A stretch of DNA of 55,027 nt from an uncultured virus (IMG/VR IMGVR_UViG_3300030330_004305) (taxonomy: Duplodnaviria; Heunggongvirae; Uroviricota; Caudoviricetes). The translations under genes and the position numbers were made by a program. Where the stretch lies: IMG/VR virus record IMGVR_UViG_3300030330_004305, one strand, 5' to 3'. The stretch's first letter is position 1; each line of letters starts with the position of its first letter. The notes under the pieces are model-generated. The model was not told where the DNA came from and searched no databases. It saw only the letters and a program-made list of their open reading frames with translations. Shown piece by piece: positions 20,001-30,000 of this stretch.

Positions 20001-22424
20001 TCTAGTCTCAACAAAATCATTAGCACCGGCTATATATTTTAGCTCAGAACCAAGTGGATTTGGTGGATATCCTGCTAGTGAAATAGAGCCTCGTTCACCC
20101 TTTCTCATATTTATAGCCTGAAGCTTGCTAATAGCAGCCTGATACATAGGAACATCGCCGCCATATTCCCAAGGAACAAGCCCATCATCTCTTTCGAGCC
20201 TAACTTGACCCGGATCGCCAACAATACCCCAAGGGCCATAACATTGAATGTTGCTTAAACAAGGAACTGCTGCTGCATTTGGACTTATTGCATAAGGAAG
20301 CATTGATAGTGTAAATGTTGATCTGTCAATGTATAGCTGTACTGGAGGCAATCCTGCTCCACCACCTTTCTTGGCTAAAAAGTTTGCTCCAGCTTGATTT
20401 ACATCAACACCATTACTAGTATCATCATCACTTTCTTTGTTTGTTAAAACAGATCCTACTTTCATTAAAGCACATATAACTTCTGTTCCACCACCATAAG
20501 GAGTACCACGAACCCATTTGTCGGATACATCTGCTTTTACCCATATATGACTTGATCCATCTGTTATATAATTATCGTCTCCCAATTTAGACGGATCTGG
20601 AACAAGACTTCCACCACCACCAGCAAATGTAAATCCAGCACTTGCAGGATATCGTATGATTCCTTGCAGTCTTCCATCATCAGATCTAAAAAAATCAGAC
20701 TGTGCAGTAGGGGGATTAGTGCCAAGATTTAAAACTTGAGCATCTAAAGGCCAACACCCCTCTGTAGAAGGCAAATAGTTAAATTTAGTATTGCCTCCAC
20801 CGTCTGTTGCTGCTTTTACAAATGGCATATGAACTAAAAACTGCTTGCCATAAAATTCATCTGCATAAGATCTTACAAATTCATATATTTTATTAAAGTC
20901 TTTTGCAGAGTCACTTTTTGGATCTATTTCGTCTGAACCTGCTTGAATGTTTGGTATCATTGCGGCCATGCCCGGAATTTCACCATCTGCTGCTTGTTGT
21001 ATTTTTTCAGGACTAATAAATTTTGGTTGTTTTATAGTAGCAAAATGAGTGGCAATAGTATTCTGCATAACATGAGTAACATGCTTCCACGTATCCATGT
21101 CTCCTAAAACTGCTCTCATTTCGGATTCAGATATGACAGCATAATTGCTTGCTATAGGAGTAGCAAGTGTTGTATTCAATCTTCTTACATCAACACTAAC
21201 AGCATATTCACCATCAACCACAGTGGCTTGATGAAGATCTCCATTTATATCATATCCCCAAAATGGCAACATCATAGTGTTGTCTGCTGAATATGGATCT
21301 CTGTTTTGACCACCCATAAGAAACATAGAGGTGGTTTCATTTCTTACTTCTTCACCTTTTGTGAAGCTTAATACTCCCCCAGTGTCTCCCTCTGTTGCTT
21401 CTGCTTGTTTTTCTGCTATAAAACTTGTTAATTGCTCAGTACCAACTGCACTAGTTTTTAAAGAAACGCGAATTTTTATTACTTTTAATACTTTGCCACC
21501 ATTTTTAATAGGAATAAGTTCTACATAATAATCCATACCAGCATCTTCACACACTTGAGAAATTATTTCCATCAAGCTGACATTAGGACCAGATATTCTA
21601 TAATCTGCTGGGGCAAATGGCATATCGCTTAAATCAACTAAATATTCACTAGCCGCATTTCCGCCAGCATCTCTATCTTTTGGTAAAACACCATATCCAT
21701 CGGTAAAATCAGTTCCTACATAAAGCAATCTGCCTCCCTGAGCGTAGGCATCTGGACCTTTGTTAATTGCTGCTGTTAGTTCATGTATAGCAGCCCTGAC
21801 TTCAGTCCAAACCATACCTCTATCGTTTGCCATAAAGAGGTTGGCAGCTTCACTGTTTCCAAATGCTCCAAACCTATAAGGCGAAGTAGGACCAAGTGGA
21901 CCCGTTGCAACTTGACCACCAAGTAGGCCATTAGACTCAATGTATCCAAAAGCATTTATTAGATTATAAACACCAGAAGTAGCACCTATAAAATCATTAA
22001 CAATTACTTGCGTATTTTGCAAAATTATTCTAGGATCAGTTAATTGAACTGTATATTCGGGATAACCATTAGGAGAATAACTCGACGACCAACTTTGAAT
22101 TAACCCGCAATATTCAAATCCTTTTCTTTCTGTTGCTGATGGATGTCGTGGGTTTTCTTCAATTCTAAAGTAAACAGGAGTTCCCGGATCGACTTGACCA
22201 CTTGGAAAGCCATGATCTGGAATTATTCCGCTTTGTCTGTTAAGTTGTTCATCATAATATATTTTTAGACCACTACAAGGATCTTCTACTAGATTTACAG
22301 TAAGATTAGAAGCTTGCTCGTTCCAGCCTATAGATGCACTAAAACTTTTTATGGTACAACCCATAAATAAAGTTTGAACCATTGGTCCATGTATTCTAGC
22401 AGGTTCACATGTATTATATGCCAT
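14052..22424 (-). CDS. giant tail tip/central fibre protein (2790 aa), hub-like N-terminus plus Cys-rich repeat C-terminal region
   Basis: Position after tape measure and distal tail gene; hub-like SLMEIISQVCEDAGMDYYV; repeated C...GxGL...C units. Confidence 0.75.
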   Translation of the reverse strand: MAYNTCEPARIHGPMVQTLFMGCTIKSFSASIGWNEQASNLTVNLVEDPCSGLKIYYDEQLNRQSGIIPDHGFPSGQVDPGTPVYFRIEENPRHPSATERKGFEYCGLIQSWSSSYSPNGYPEYTVQLTDPRIILQNTQVIVNDFIGATSGVYNLINAFGYIESNGLLGGQVATGPLGPTSPYRFGAFGNSEAANLFMANDRGMVWTEVRAAIHELTAAINKGPDAYAQGGRLLYVGTDFTDGYGVLPKDRDAGGNAASEYLVDLSDMPFAPADYRISGPNVSLMEIISQVCEDAGMDYYVELIPIKNGGKVLKVIKIRVSLKTSAVGTEQLTSFIAEKQAEATEGDTGGVLSFTKGEEVRNETTSMFLMGGQNRDPYSADNTMMLPFWGYDINGDLHQATVVDGEYAVSVDVRRLNTTLATPIASNYAVISESEMRAVLGDMDTWKHVTHVMQNTIATHFATIKQPKFISPEKIQQAADGEIPGMAAMIPNIQAGSDEIDPKSDSAKDFNKIYEFVRSYADEFYGKQFLVHMPFVKAATDGGGNTKFNYLPSTEGCWPLDAQVLNLGTNPPTAQSDFFRSDDGRLQGIIRYPASAGFTFAGGGGSLVPDPSKLGDDNYITDGSSHIWVKADVSDKWVRGTPYGGGTEVICALMKVGSVLTNKESDDDTSNGVDVNQAGANFLAKKGGGAGLPPVQLYIDRSTFTLSMLPYAISPNAAAVPCLSNIQCYGPWGIVGDPGQVRLERDDGLVPWEYGGDVPMYQAAISKLQAINMRKGERGSISLAGYPPNPLGSELKYIAGANDFVETRTPDIGVAVKLPVWKAKGQVWNGIYGPAITNVNVQVGPQGFTTDFQFSTYTPRFGRFNKNNAERIKAIGQQRLLAGRNLRSRQALSRQIAAATARIKQRVETQVGKTARAPKSSSHLLMGRMLEGRNESFTINAKEATLTFPTDATYAESALMSMDGIFRPVSKAGDGGLPRFVNHTDSTCSGNVEATIAPDGPKLSYSGLKINQSYLDPFSNPDSSVAKRSTTPASGHDIEVLGRNASAPPSGWCIKEGEEEGDSGYADDYRFFALRGPLVLQSWGYDTDGKPVPNDADSKSSAEAGTFTTSNLKDKFLDKFLKLPKTWPVAPVDLRLDRKRGVWTVPPAPRNLHITYKQSCPLSTNTTADVDNGQNTFDNTGGSVTQEANVEWPWDVKPPTGVGKIPAYWDTSDCKYYAFPTNRLDATISGYVPRTYDIKHIVFASGFAGNFVDVDGCDRTLYVKASGLSGVGSGVLAGNVPWTGCFDGYMECVKDGSEPANNFPSTLEMPLGCSTKFKCLKFGHGLTVKQLPGSDELKEGVVEAWQFISDVTDYCGEAVPTTGACNSYYHLLAGSGLVVEEKSADCRYAIHSQLIASGNNIANHCDPYNTSAPIQKNIVEGKTRSISFVGGLSSVYNTTNCDFQVSGVKPTINFVNSGTCPKAARGTPFRGETLVAGSGLEFVQDECSGIIHSKITASGYGIDGCDIYTRNNPAKRRFENINFRGNLSSIYSDNDCSVTVSGIPLLKMGISGVCDQRVGGSSEADHIQTNFFAEKLVAASGLSLTQDECTGILKLHFGVSGQPTECPPLSQASTRIEGLITGIAFSSGIAISEPECGLVTVKSRQFVSGLASCRTEGQEGVFFTGLRLGTGLVYRDAPSSSDCLNHRKDIHVQIFASGSQFEGDKGCSDTFDYYNRNTVFKKAFETITFTGNLSSYYDDAKCSVMVSGTRPFIFFSGDPACGRSKVQKFTADTLLVSTGLYLENSGDCRAIIQSNIFATGSNLPSNLCNPNLRTSESYNSPAVKESLNRRFENIEFKGYLGTTYDDSECKVTVSGSRTPLRFFSSGVCSENKGTRDTAFLAETFVVSKSGLTFTEGDSPQTCTGILTTNLQAKGSDEICELNIQGFKKFTNIVFGTGLKMGTGVCHNNGREIHVNSNPNWIYGLSDCDGGAVAARDTFTGLGVGTGVKLTKVGDCAYTLTSDFSVAGTSKSYTCQTLTPGSAFTHTKPISKIEFVGGLSTTAKAGEDCTAVVSGISSNTINMESSNVCDLIGLAVGRKPIQTLQVGIGLGFIDNDACTGVISSLLRTRGRKLSEPFCDQYGGTDTFNETTHPYPPEIITFTGFLSSTWDLAGTCRNLIVSGSPSPVVMKSVETCNNGVSVSDFNAAKIIVGTGLQLKSIGNCGATLNANIQADGFTYESSCLPLRNLTDGSNDTPFTNKVFDHIKFGGYLSSYYDEDSCTVKVTGLPTPIFMFQSGTCPNTNTDGDLAGVTGIAVGTGLSVDFDGCFARLNSSMLLSHTGNCEIEVTDDDTYNPYTHLIFRSGIRSTQRPSEPMTTTDCHYYIDANQFISNTGVCGREPDADSPSMKKDKSKNHFDNLILGTGLVASPAKRTTGGGGGPSTDTPIGCAFRIDSAMKILSEDFCGSNAVTETNYEKLNFSGLHVELESDCQYLIKHEQNLKTDNDCVATQDGSQDTLPWTNDYTEATPFKSLIFGRGIRVERDGSSCDYKITAGMRIKAVSECNDVRDQTGGYRTYVNLIIGSGFTTSRPDDDDCTFRLDPLTMGAAGCDIVGQTINCGQNILPGYTSLGCDPGLAGCEVATPYEKRSVPDIVNAFVSGPGIGFASPQSDAETDSVCGGLTIFNNHIDYGRQIGNGCDDAQIYVAQVYQHNWGADFAINGLGSPVDTADATAITQIEISDASEDWEMCVVTGIETTTTSINGQTVVTAVYPLTTTVAGMKTCGDKYLITSISPFPVGGCIPGPSPPPDLGP

Positions 22425-22454
22425 TTTTTTCCTCTTGTTTTTTCTCTATAAAAA

Positions 22455-23999
22455 CTACGCAAGCGTACACTTATTATATGTCCAAGCAACACTTCTAGTA
22501 TATCTGCCTTGAGTAAAATTCCAATTTTCTGTGTTTGTTCCTGTAAATACTATATCAAATCGCGATGTTAGATCATCAGAAACGGATTTAATAAGAGTGT
22601 TTATCTGACCTGTTGGAACTGGTTCCCAAATACTATATGTTGCTGCTTGATCGAATCCAGCACAACCTGTTGGCGGTGCTAATACAAGTTCTATACTTAA
22701 AGTTCTTACTTTTGCGGTTGTTGTGCCTATATCTTGTAAGACTGGACCTAGTTTTCTTCCAAGTGCGACATGGCTTGCAAAAACATCTGTAGCAAGTTGA
22801 TCATCAATAGAAATATTTTGAGATATAATGCAGTCTCCAGTTATACAAGCTTTTAATTTATTATCAAATTGATAATCATAAGATATTGTTCCGGCCCTTG
22901 GATTACAACCAATAGTTCTTGATATTGGTGCTGGATTCAAAACCCCCTTTGTTCCACAGCCAGACACACCACTCATGCCATAAACTCCACTTGCACGACG
23001 AAGGAATGTAGGCTCTACAGCGTTAAAATAGGCTTCTGCGGCATCCCAAGCAGAGACACTTGGTGTTCCTAGAGGGTCTGGACCTGTGTAATCAATACTA
23101 GCCAATCCTTGTATTTCACCTTGAACATTTATAGTTGAAATATTTTCAGCAACGTTCACATTAAGATCAAAAGTTTCAATAGCACCTCTGGGCATAGGCT
23201 GGCCAAGAATACTGCCAGTGCCCATGAAAACAAAATTTTCTACTACATTTATAGTTCCTTCGGTTTTATTACAAGAAATTTGTCTTATTTGATTATAAGA
23301 CTGGCCGGATGGGGCACTGAGTAATCCGGTCATTCGGATTTCACCCTCAGTCAAGCCATTATAAATTCCAGAATTAAATATTCCTGATGCATATTTTTTA
23401 GCATCTTCAAATAAATTGTTTGTTTTTTCCACTCCAGTGTATACAAGTCTTGCAGTAACATCTAAAGAGTGTGTAACATTTAATGCAACTGGAAATTTTA
23501 CACCTTCATACACAGTGCCAAACTGCTCATCTCTTACTTCTACATCCCAGCTTTCTGATACAGTTTCAATAAATGGAGGAAATGTGCAATTGTTGAAAGC
23601 GTCTCCGCTTACGCCAGTAAACCCCGGTAGTTTAAAATCAAGTGTAAAATCTGCACGTCTTGTAAAGTTATCACTTTTATTTTCTATATTAAAAGATTCA
23701 ATTGTTGGATAACCACTTATAATAGTATTTCCATTCGTTGCAGGCTGACCGCAGTGTATGTGCAAAAGCTTTCCGTCTGCATCTAGTGCTTGTTTTAAAT
23801 CTGCTATATATTCATTAAATAATCCTGTAATTCCTAATGACAAATCCTGACCAGTTAATATCAAATGTCCCTGACACGACAGGGTATTTAGCTGACCAAA
23901 CCCACGACCATCGGGTGTTTTAAGGTACTCTGTTTGTACTGAAAATACTGGTGCTGGCTTAAACCGATAATCCCCGTATTTAAAAACAATATCTGACAT
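22455..23999 (-). CDS. distal tail/baseplate-like protein
   Basis: Immediately downstream of tape measure; beta-rich; GGAGA RBS. Confidence 0.6.
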   Translation of the reverse strand: MSDIVFKYGDYRFKPAPVFSVQTEYLKTPDGRGFGQLNTLSCQGHLILTGQDLSLGITGLFNEYIADLKQALDADGKLLHIHCGQPATNGNTIISGYPTIESFNIENKSDNFTRRADFTLDFKLPGFTGVSGDAFNNCTFPPFIETVSESWDVEVRDEQFGTVYEGVKFPVALNVTHSLDVTARLVYTGVEKTNNLFEDAKKYASGIFNSGIYNGLTEGEIRMTGLLSAPSGQSYNQIRQISCNKTEGTINVVENFVFMGTGSILGQPMPRGAIETFDLNVNVAENISTINVQGEIQGLASIDYTGPDPLGTPSVSAWDAAEAYFNAVEPTFLRRASGVYGMSGVSGCGTKGVLNPAPISRTIGCNPRAGTISYDYQFDNKLKACITGDCIISQNISIDDQLATDVFASHVALGRKLGPVLQDIGTTTAKVRTLSIELVLAPPTGCAGFDQAATYSIWEPVPTGQINTLIKSVSDDLTSRFDIVFTGTNTENWNFTQGRYTRSVAWTYNKCTLA

Positions 24000-24014
24000 T
24001 TTTATTCTCCTATG

Positions 24015-27000
24015 TTATACAACCGGTTGTCCACCATCAATGTTTGAATTATTGGCTGCTATTTGGTTAGCAACTTCATCAAATATCTGATCTTGGAATT
24101 CTTTTCTGAATTCTGCTAATAGTTGACCACCGTTTAGAATAACATTTACATCAATAGGTTCTGAATTAAGTGTTATATTTATATCTGGTAATGATTCAAG
24201 TTTAGTAGCAGCGGCCAACAACTCGGTTGCGAATGTTGAAGTATTTAACATCTCGACTGCTTGTACAAACTTTGCAGTTGGGTCTTGAGTTGCTGCGGCA
24301 GTAGGTGCTTGTTGAATTTCTTGTTGTTGTTGTTGCTGTTTTTGCTGTTGTAATTGTTGATTTTTCTTTAAGTCGGTTTGTTCTTGCGTTATTTGTTTTG
24401 CTTTTGCTGTATTTTGTTGCTTGTTTAATTGTGCTGCTTCTTGTTGTTGTTGAGCAGCAATATTCTCTGGGGTTTGACCGGCAGCTTGAGGTATCTGGCC
24501 TCCTGCTCTTATTACACTTTGACCAAGAGTTTGTCTTTTGTTAAGTTCCAAAAATTTATCAGCATTTTCATCACCAACAGTTTCTCTAAATTGTTTAAAT
24601 GCATCCCTACCTTCAAATTGTTCTCTGATGTCTTTTAGTGTTCCTAATTCTCCAGACTCCTGCTCGCTTAAAGAGCCTCCAGCTTCTTGTAGTCTTGCTC
24701 TTTGTCTTGATAAAACAGAAGCTCTTTTTTCTTCTTCTGCTAATCTTCTGGTTCTCTTTCTTGGATCTCTTGCTTCTGCTGCCGCTTGTTTTGCTCTTGC
24801 TTTTCTATCTTTTCGCTCTGCAAAGAATTTCTCAGCACTATCACTGCCAACAGATTCTCTAAATTCTTGTAAAGACTTTCCTTCTCTTATACCTTCTAGT
24901 GTTTCAAATGTTGTTCCAGTGCCAGCAAATCTGCCAGATGGTGCTTTAAGATTTCCAACAGCGGCTTTTGCTGCGGGTTGTTGTCTTGCTGCTGCATTAG
25001 CTCGATCCTTTTCTCTTGCGTCATCAATTTTTGCTTGATCTGCCGCCTCACCCTCTGCTCTTAGCCTTGCTCTGTCTTCATCAGAGACGACAGGCGGCCC
25101 AAGATCAATATCGTCAAATTTGCCTTCTTGTGATTTATTAAATTCTTGAATTTTTTTGTCGCGTTCTGCCTGTCTTTGTCTTTCTGCTCTTTCTGCTGGA
25201 CCGGGAGTTGCTGATTCAGGCTTGGCATCGGCTGCTGCTTTCGCACCGGCTGCTGCTTTCGCAGGTGCTGGTTCAGGCTTGGCATCGGCTGCTGCTTTCG
25301 CATCGGCTGCTTGCTTTTTAGAAGCTTCTATTTTTGCTTGAGTTTCTTGAAGTCTTTTATTGGCATCAGCAGCTTCTGTGTCAGCTTTTGTAACATCCTG
25401 AGTCTGTTGTGCTTGGAAGTCTTTTAATTCTTGAGAACCAAGTGCAAATTCCCTTTCTTCTCCGGTAGCAGTTGTGAGTTTAACCGGAGCACCTGATGCA
25501 GCATCTGCTTTTCTAAGCTCCGCTGTTATGATACGCTCAATCACCTTTGAGAAATCACCAACGCCAGATACAGTTTGAGTTTGAATCCCTTTATCACCCT
25601 CCGTAAAGCTTGCTACTCCACTATCCATTGATGTTTCTAATGCAGTTCTTAAATTTTCAAAAATACGATCAGCCTCTTCGTTCTCTCCTAATTTTCCTCC
25701 TGCAACAGTTTGTGCTATATTTTTAAGCACTTGCTGTCGTGATCTTTTTGCCACATCGCTTTGTTCAAGATTTTGAAAACTTGCATTTACGTTAAACAAG
25801 CTACCACCAAATCCTGCATCATCTATACCAAATGCTTTTTCTATATTTGTTGCACTTACTGCCTGACCTATAAAACTCCCACCTTGTCTTGTTCGGTCTT
25901 GAAGTAACTGAAAGAAATCTTCTTGACCTACGCCGCCTGCTCGACCTTCTGCTATTGCTAGTTCATTTTTTATTCCTTCACCTCCGCGATCAGAAGTTCC
26001 TGCATCAATGTCAGCAATTACTGACCCAAGGGCTGATCTTGTGGCTATTCTTGGTTTAGCGTCTGCTTTTTGTGCTCTTTCTGCTGCATCAATTGCCGCT
26101 GCATTTGAAGCTTGCGAGGCTTTCAAGTCTGCTGCTTTCTTTTCTGCTTGTGCCGCTTCGTCTTTAGCTTTTGCACCTTCTAACTGTTGTGCTGCTATCA
26201 AAGTGCTTTCTATTAGTTCTTCTTGTTTTCTTCTAAGTTCTGCAAAAGCATCACCAGTTTCTAACAACTTTGCTTTAGTAGCATCTAGTTCTGTTCTTAA
26301 AAGCTGCTCTCTGTCACGTATTGCATTGGCATTTTGTTCTGCGGTTCCTTTTATAAGTGCTTCTTGATCTGCTAATATTTGATCTTTTAATGAAAGTAAT
26401 CCTTTTTCTTTTTCTCCCTCACCCCTTACTGTTGCACCCGGACCATCTGCTGCACCAAAAACTGCACCAACAGCATCTGCACCCATTCCAGCACCTCTAA
26501 AGAAGTTCTGACCACCAATTTGAAAATTAGCCAAACTTTTCTCTATAAATGCAGAAACATCATCTTCTGTTGCACCCGGATTTTGTTGCCTGAAAGCATT
26601 GGCAACAATACCTGTATTTCCAGAAAGTAAATCTTGCTGTAATGCCGCACCTTCTTGTAAATTAAGCTGTTGTCCTGATGCTAGTTTGCTTGCGGCAATA
26701 AATGGTCTTTGAAGCTCATTGACAATTTTATTGAACTCTTGAGGTGTTCTTGCTGAAGATGCTCTCTGCAATCCAGCCTGAAGTCTTTGTCTTTCACTTA
26801 ATCTCTGACTATTGATAGCAGCAAGCTCTCCTTCTACAGAAGCAAGAGTTCTTGTATCATCTGACAATAAATCAATAGCTTGTTTTGTTCCTTCAAGTGC
26901 TGAAGTATTATCAGCAAGTTTATCTAAAAGTGGTTGGAATTCATCTTTATCAAGCGATGCAAGTGCTACTGTATCTGTAGGATCAATCTCTGCTCTTTGT

Positions 27001-30000
27001 CCAATCTGATCTAGTACATCTTTTATGTTTTGTTCAAGTTGAGATCTTCTATCAAGTAAGTCAGCGGGTCCAGTTCCACCTATTGCAAGTGCTCTATTGC
27101 CAGCACCAGCAGCATTCAACAAAGTGCCTACTTCTGCTTGTGTTCTTGCTTGTGCTCCTGCAATTCCACCCGTTCCACCAATAGTAAAACGTGCAAACCT
27201 GTCGTTTATCTGCTCTCTTTTTTGTAGTATTTTTATTTCAGCATCTACAATCTGTCTGTTTGCTTGAACTTGTAAGTCGGCAGTTTTTAACAATGCATTT
27301 TCAAACTGATTTAATGCATTAATAGATCTTTGGAATGCTTCTACACTCTTGGCTGCTAGTTCAGAAAATTGTTCCAAGCCCCCAGTTTGTTCTAAAAGGC
27401 TTGTAAATTGTTCTGCACCAAGTTTATCAGTTTGTCTAGTGCCTGCAAATGTAGCTTCCAATAAATTATCAAACTGCGACTTTACAACTCCAGAAAGATT
27501 ACCAAAGTCTACATCTTGTTCTAATCTCTTTTTAAGTGCATCTTGAAATTCAACAAAACTTATTTGATCTACATTTTTTCTCAAGCCATCTATTGTATCT
27601 TTAAGTGCCTGTGGTAATGCATCGCCTAATTTTATTGTATCAGTAAAATCTGCAAAATCTGCCGGATCACCACCTACAGCAGCACGAACCCTTTCTACTC
27701 CAGCACCAAGTTCTGCTTTAGAAGCCCCTTGAACATTATCAAATATATTTCCGCGATTTAAACCTTGTACTGATTGTTGTGTTGACAAAATACTAGCAAT
27801 TTGTTGATCTACATTTGATACCACTGTAGCAAATGTGGCAACCGCACCTTCTATTCCTGTTGCTAAGGTAGATAAAGCCTGAGCAAGTGCGTCTACTGAT
27901 TTTTGACTGTCTAGCAATATTTGATTAACTAGTCGCTGTTTTGCTGCTGCTGCTAGATTTGCCGCTGCACCTTTTGATGCTGCGTCAGTGAATGCTCTAA
28001 ATGAATCGGTTGCTATTTGTAATGATTGTCTACTTGATGTAGCATCTTCATCTACTCCTTGAATAGCATTTGCTAGTCTAGCTAATTTTTGTTCTGCTTC
28101 TGCTGACCCCTCTGCTGCATCATCAAACAATTTAGAAAGCTCTGCAAAATCTCTAGTACCACCCAATAGCGATTCGATTGTCTCACCACGACCGCGAGAT
28201 TGTGCTGTTCTCAAACTATTTAATTGCTTTATGAATTCTCTTCCAGCAGTAGCTTGTGCCACATCTGAATCGCCACCGCTTCTTTGGAAACTACTTAAAA
28301 AGGAAGCACCCGCATTTGTTGTAGCACTGAATAATTTTTGCAGACCTTGATCTTCACCAGCAGCACCTTGTAGCCTAGCATCTAATTTTTTAAGATCGCC
28401 AGCTATCACAGTTCCTTGTAACTGAGCAAAAGCTTGTAATTGTGCTGCAAATTTATCAGAACCATCACCGGCTTCTTTTAGTGCTTTTGTTAAGTCTCCA
28501 AAACTTGCATCAATCCCCAAAGATGCTATCTCACCTAAATTTTCTAAGGGTATGGAATCAATAATTGTTTGTCCAAGTCTGTCAAAGTTTTCTCCAGCCT
28601 TAGCAAATACTTCATCATCAACTGCTGCAAGAGAGGTCGCTAGAGATTGTCTTCCTCCTAAAACTGAAGCTGCACCAAGTCTAGCGTCTCTTCTGTTTGT
28701 TGCAGTTTGAAGTGCTTGTTCTCTATTGGCTATGCCGCTTACGGACCCAGCAATACCACCAAACACACTACCTGCTGCAAACCCAGCAGCCGTCGAAGTG
28801 AACACGGTGCTTAATCCACCAGTAGCAACTGCAAGATTATCAAAAGCGGCTTCTACTTTTCCAAAGAATGTTGTTTCTGTTCCAATTCCTGCTCCAAGAC
28901 CTTCAAAAGCACCAAAAATTGTTGCTGTAAACTCTGATCCAAATCCACCAGCTTCTCGTATTCCTTGAGCACCCTGAAGTCTGTCCAAGTCGTTTGCTGT
29001 TTGTATTATTTGATTATTCAATCTAGAACTTGCGGCAGAAACTTGATTTAAAACTTTTACATTATTTATTCCTTCTCCAGCAAGTCTGTCAAGCACTTCA
29101 GCTAAACGATCACCTGATTGCTGTGCTTTTTCTACCGACTCAAACCTTGCTTGATCTCTTCCTGCTGTCGCAGCACCAATAGCAGCACCACCCGCACCGC
29201 CAAGGACTGCTAAAAGAGGTGCAAGAACCGGGGCAAGTGGACCAGTCATCAGTCCTATAGAAGCACCTATAGAAGCACCTTGAATAGCACCTTTAGCACC
29301 ACCAACAAGTTGTGCTTGTCCTTGACCACCCTGTGCTGCGGTAAATCCACTTATGCCTGCTATTTCTTTTCTAGCACCAACAGCAGCTTTTGAAATTCCT
29401 TCAACAATAGGATCTCCAACTAAAGAGGCAACCAATGCGGCTATACCACCCGGACCTCCAAGTAATTTTGCACCCCCAACAAGACCTTTAGTTCCAACAT
29501 TTGCAGCACCAGCCAGAGCAGCACGAGCACCAGCACGAGTGCCCCCTTTAGCTGCTATTTCTCCAGCTTCTGCAAAACTTTGCCGTAAAGCTTGTCTTGC
29601 CGCCTTGTCTCCTCCTGTTGCTGTTAATTGCCTTGCACCTGTACGAGTGACTGTTCCTCCAGCAGCTTTAAATGCCTGAACTGCCTCTTTTTTTATGGCC
29701 TTGGCTCTTCCTGCATTAAAATTCCTTACTCCTTCATCGAATGATTTTGTAATACCTCCTCTTGCTGATTTAAATCCGCTTGCTATTGCTGCTCTTAGTC
29801 CTGTTCCAGCAGCTTTAAAACCAGATATTGGATTAACCAAAGGACTTGTTGCAATTGCTCTAGCACCACCACGCAAACCACCTTCTGAAAATGCACGACC
29901 AATAGATCGAAATGGACTTGCAATAGCACCTGCTGCTCGACCGCCCAATGAAGCAGAACGAGCAGCGGCCCCAACTGCTAGATTTCTTAAACCACGACCT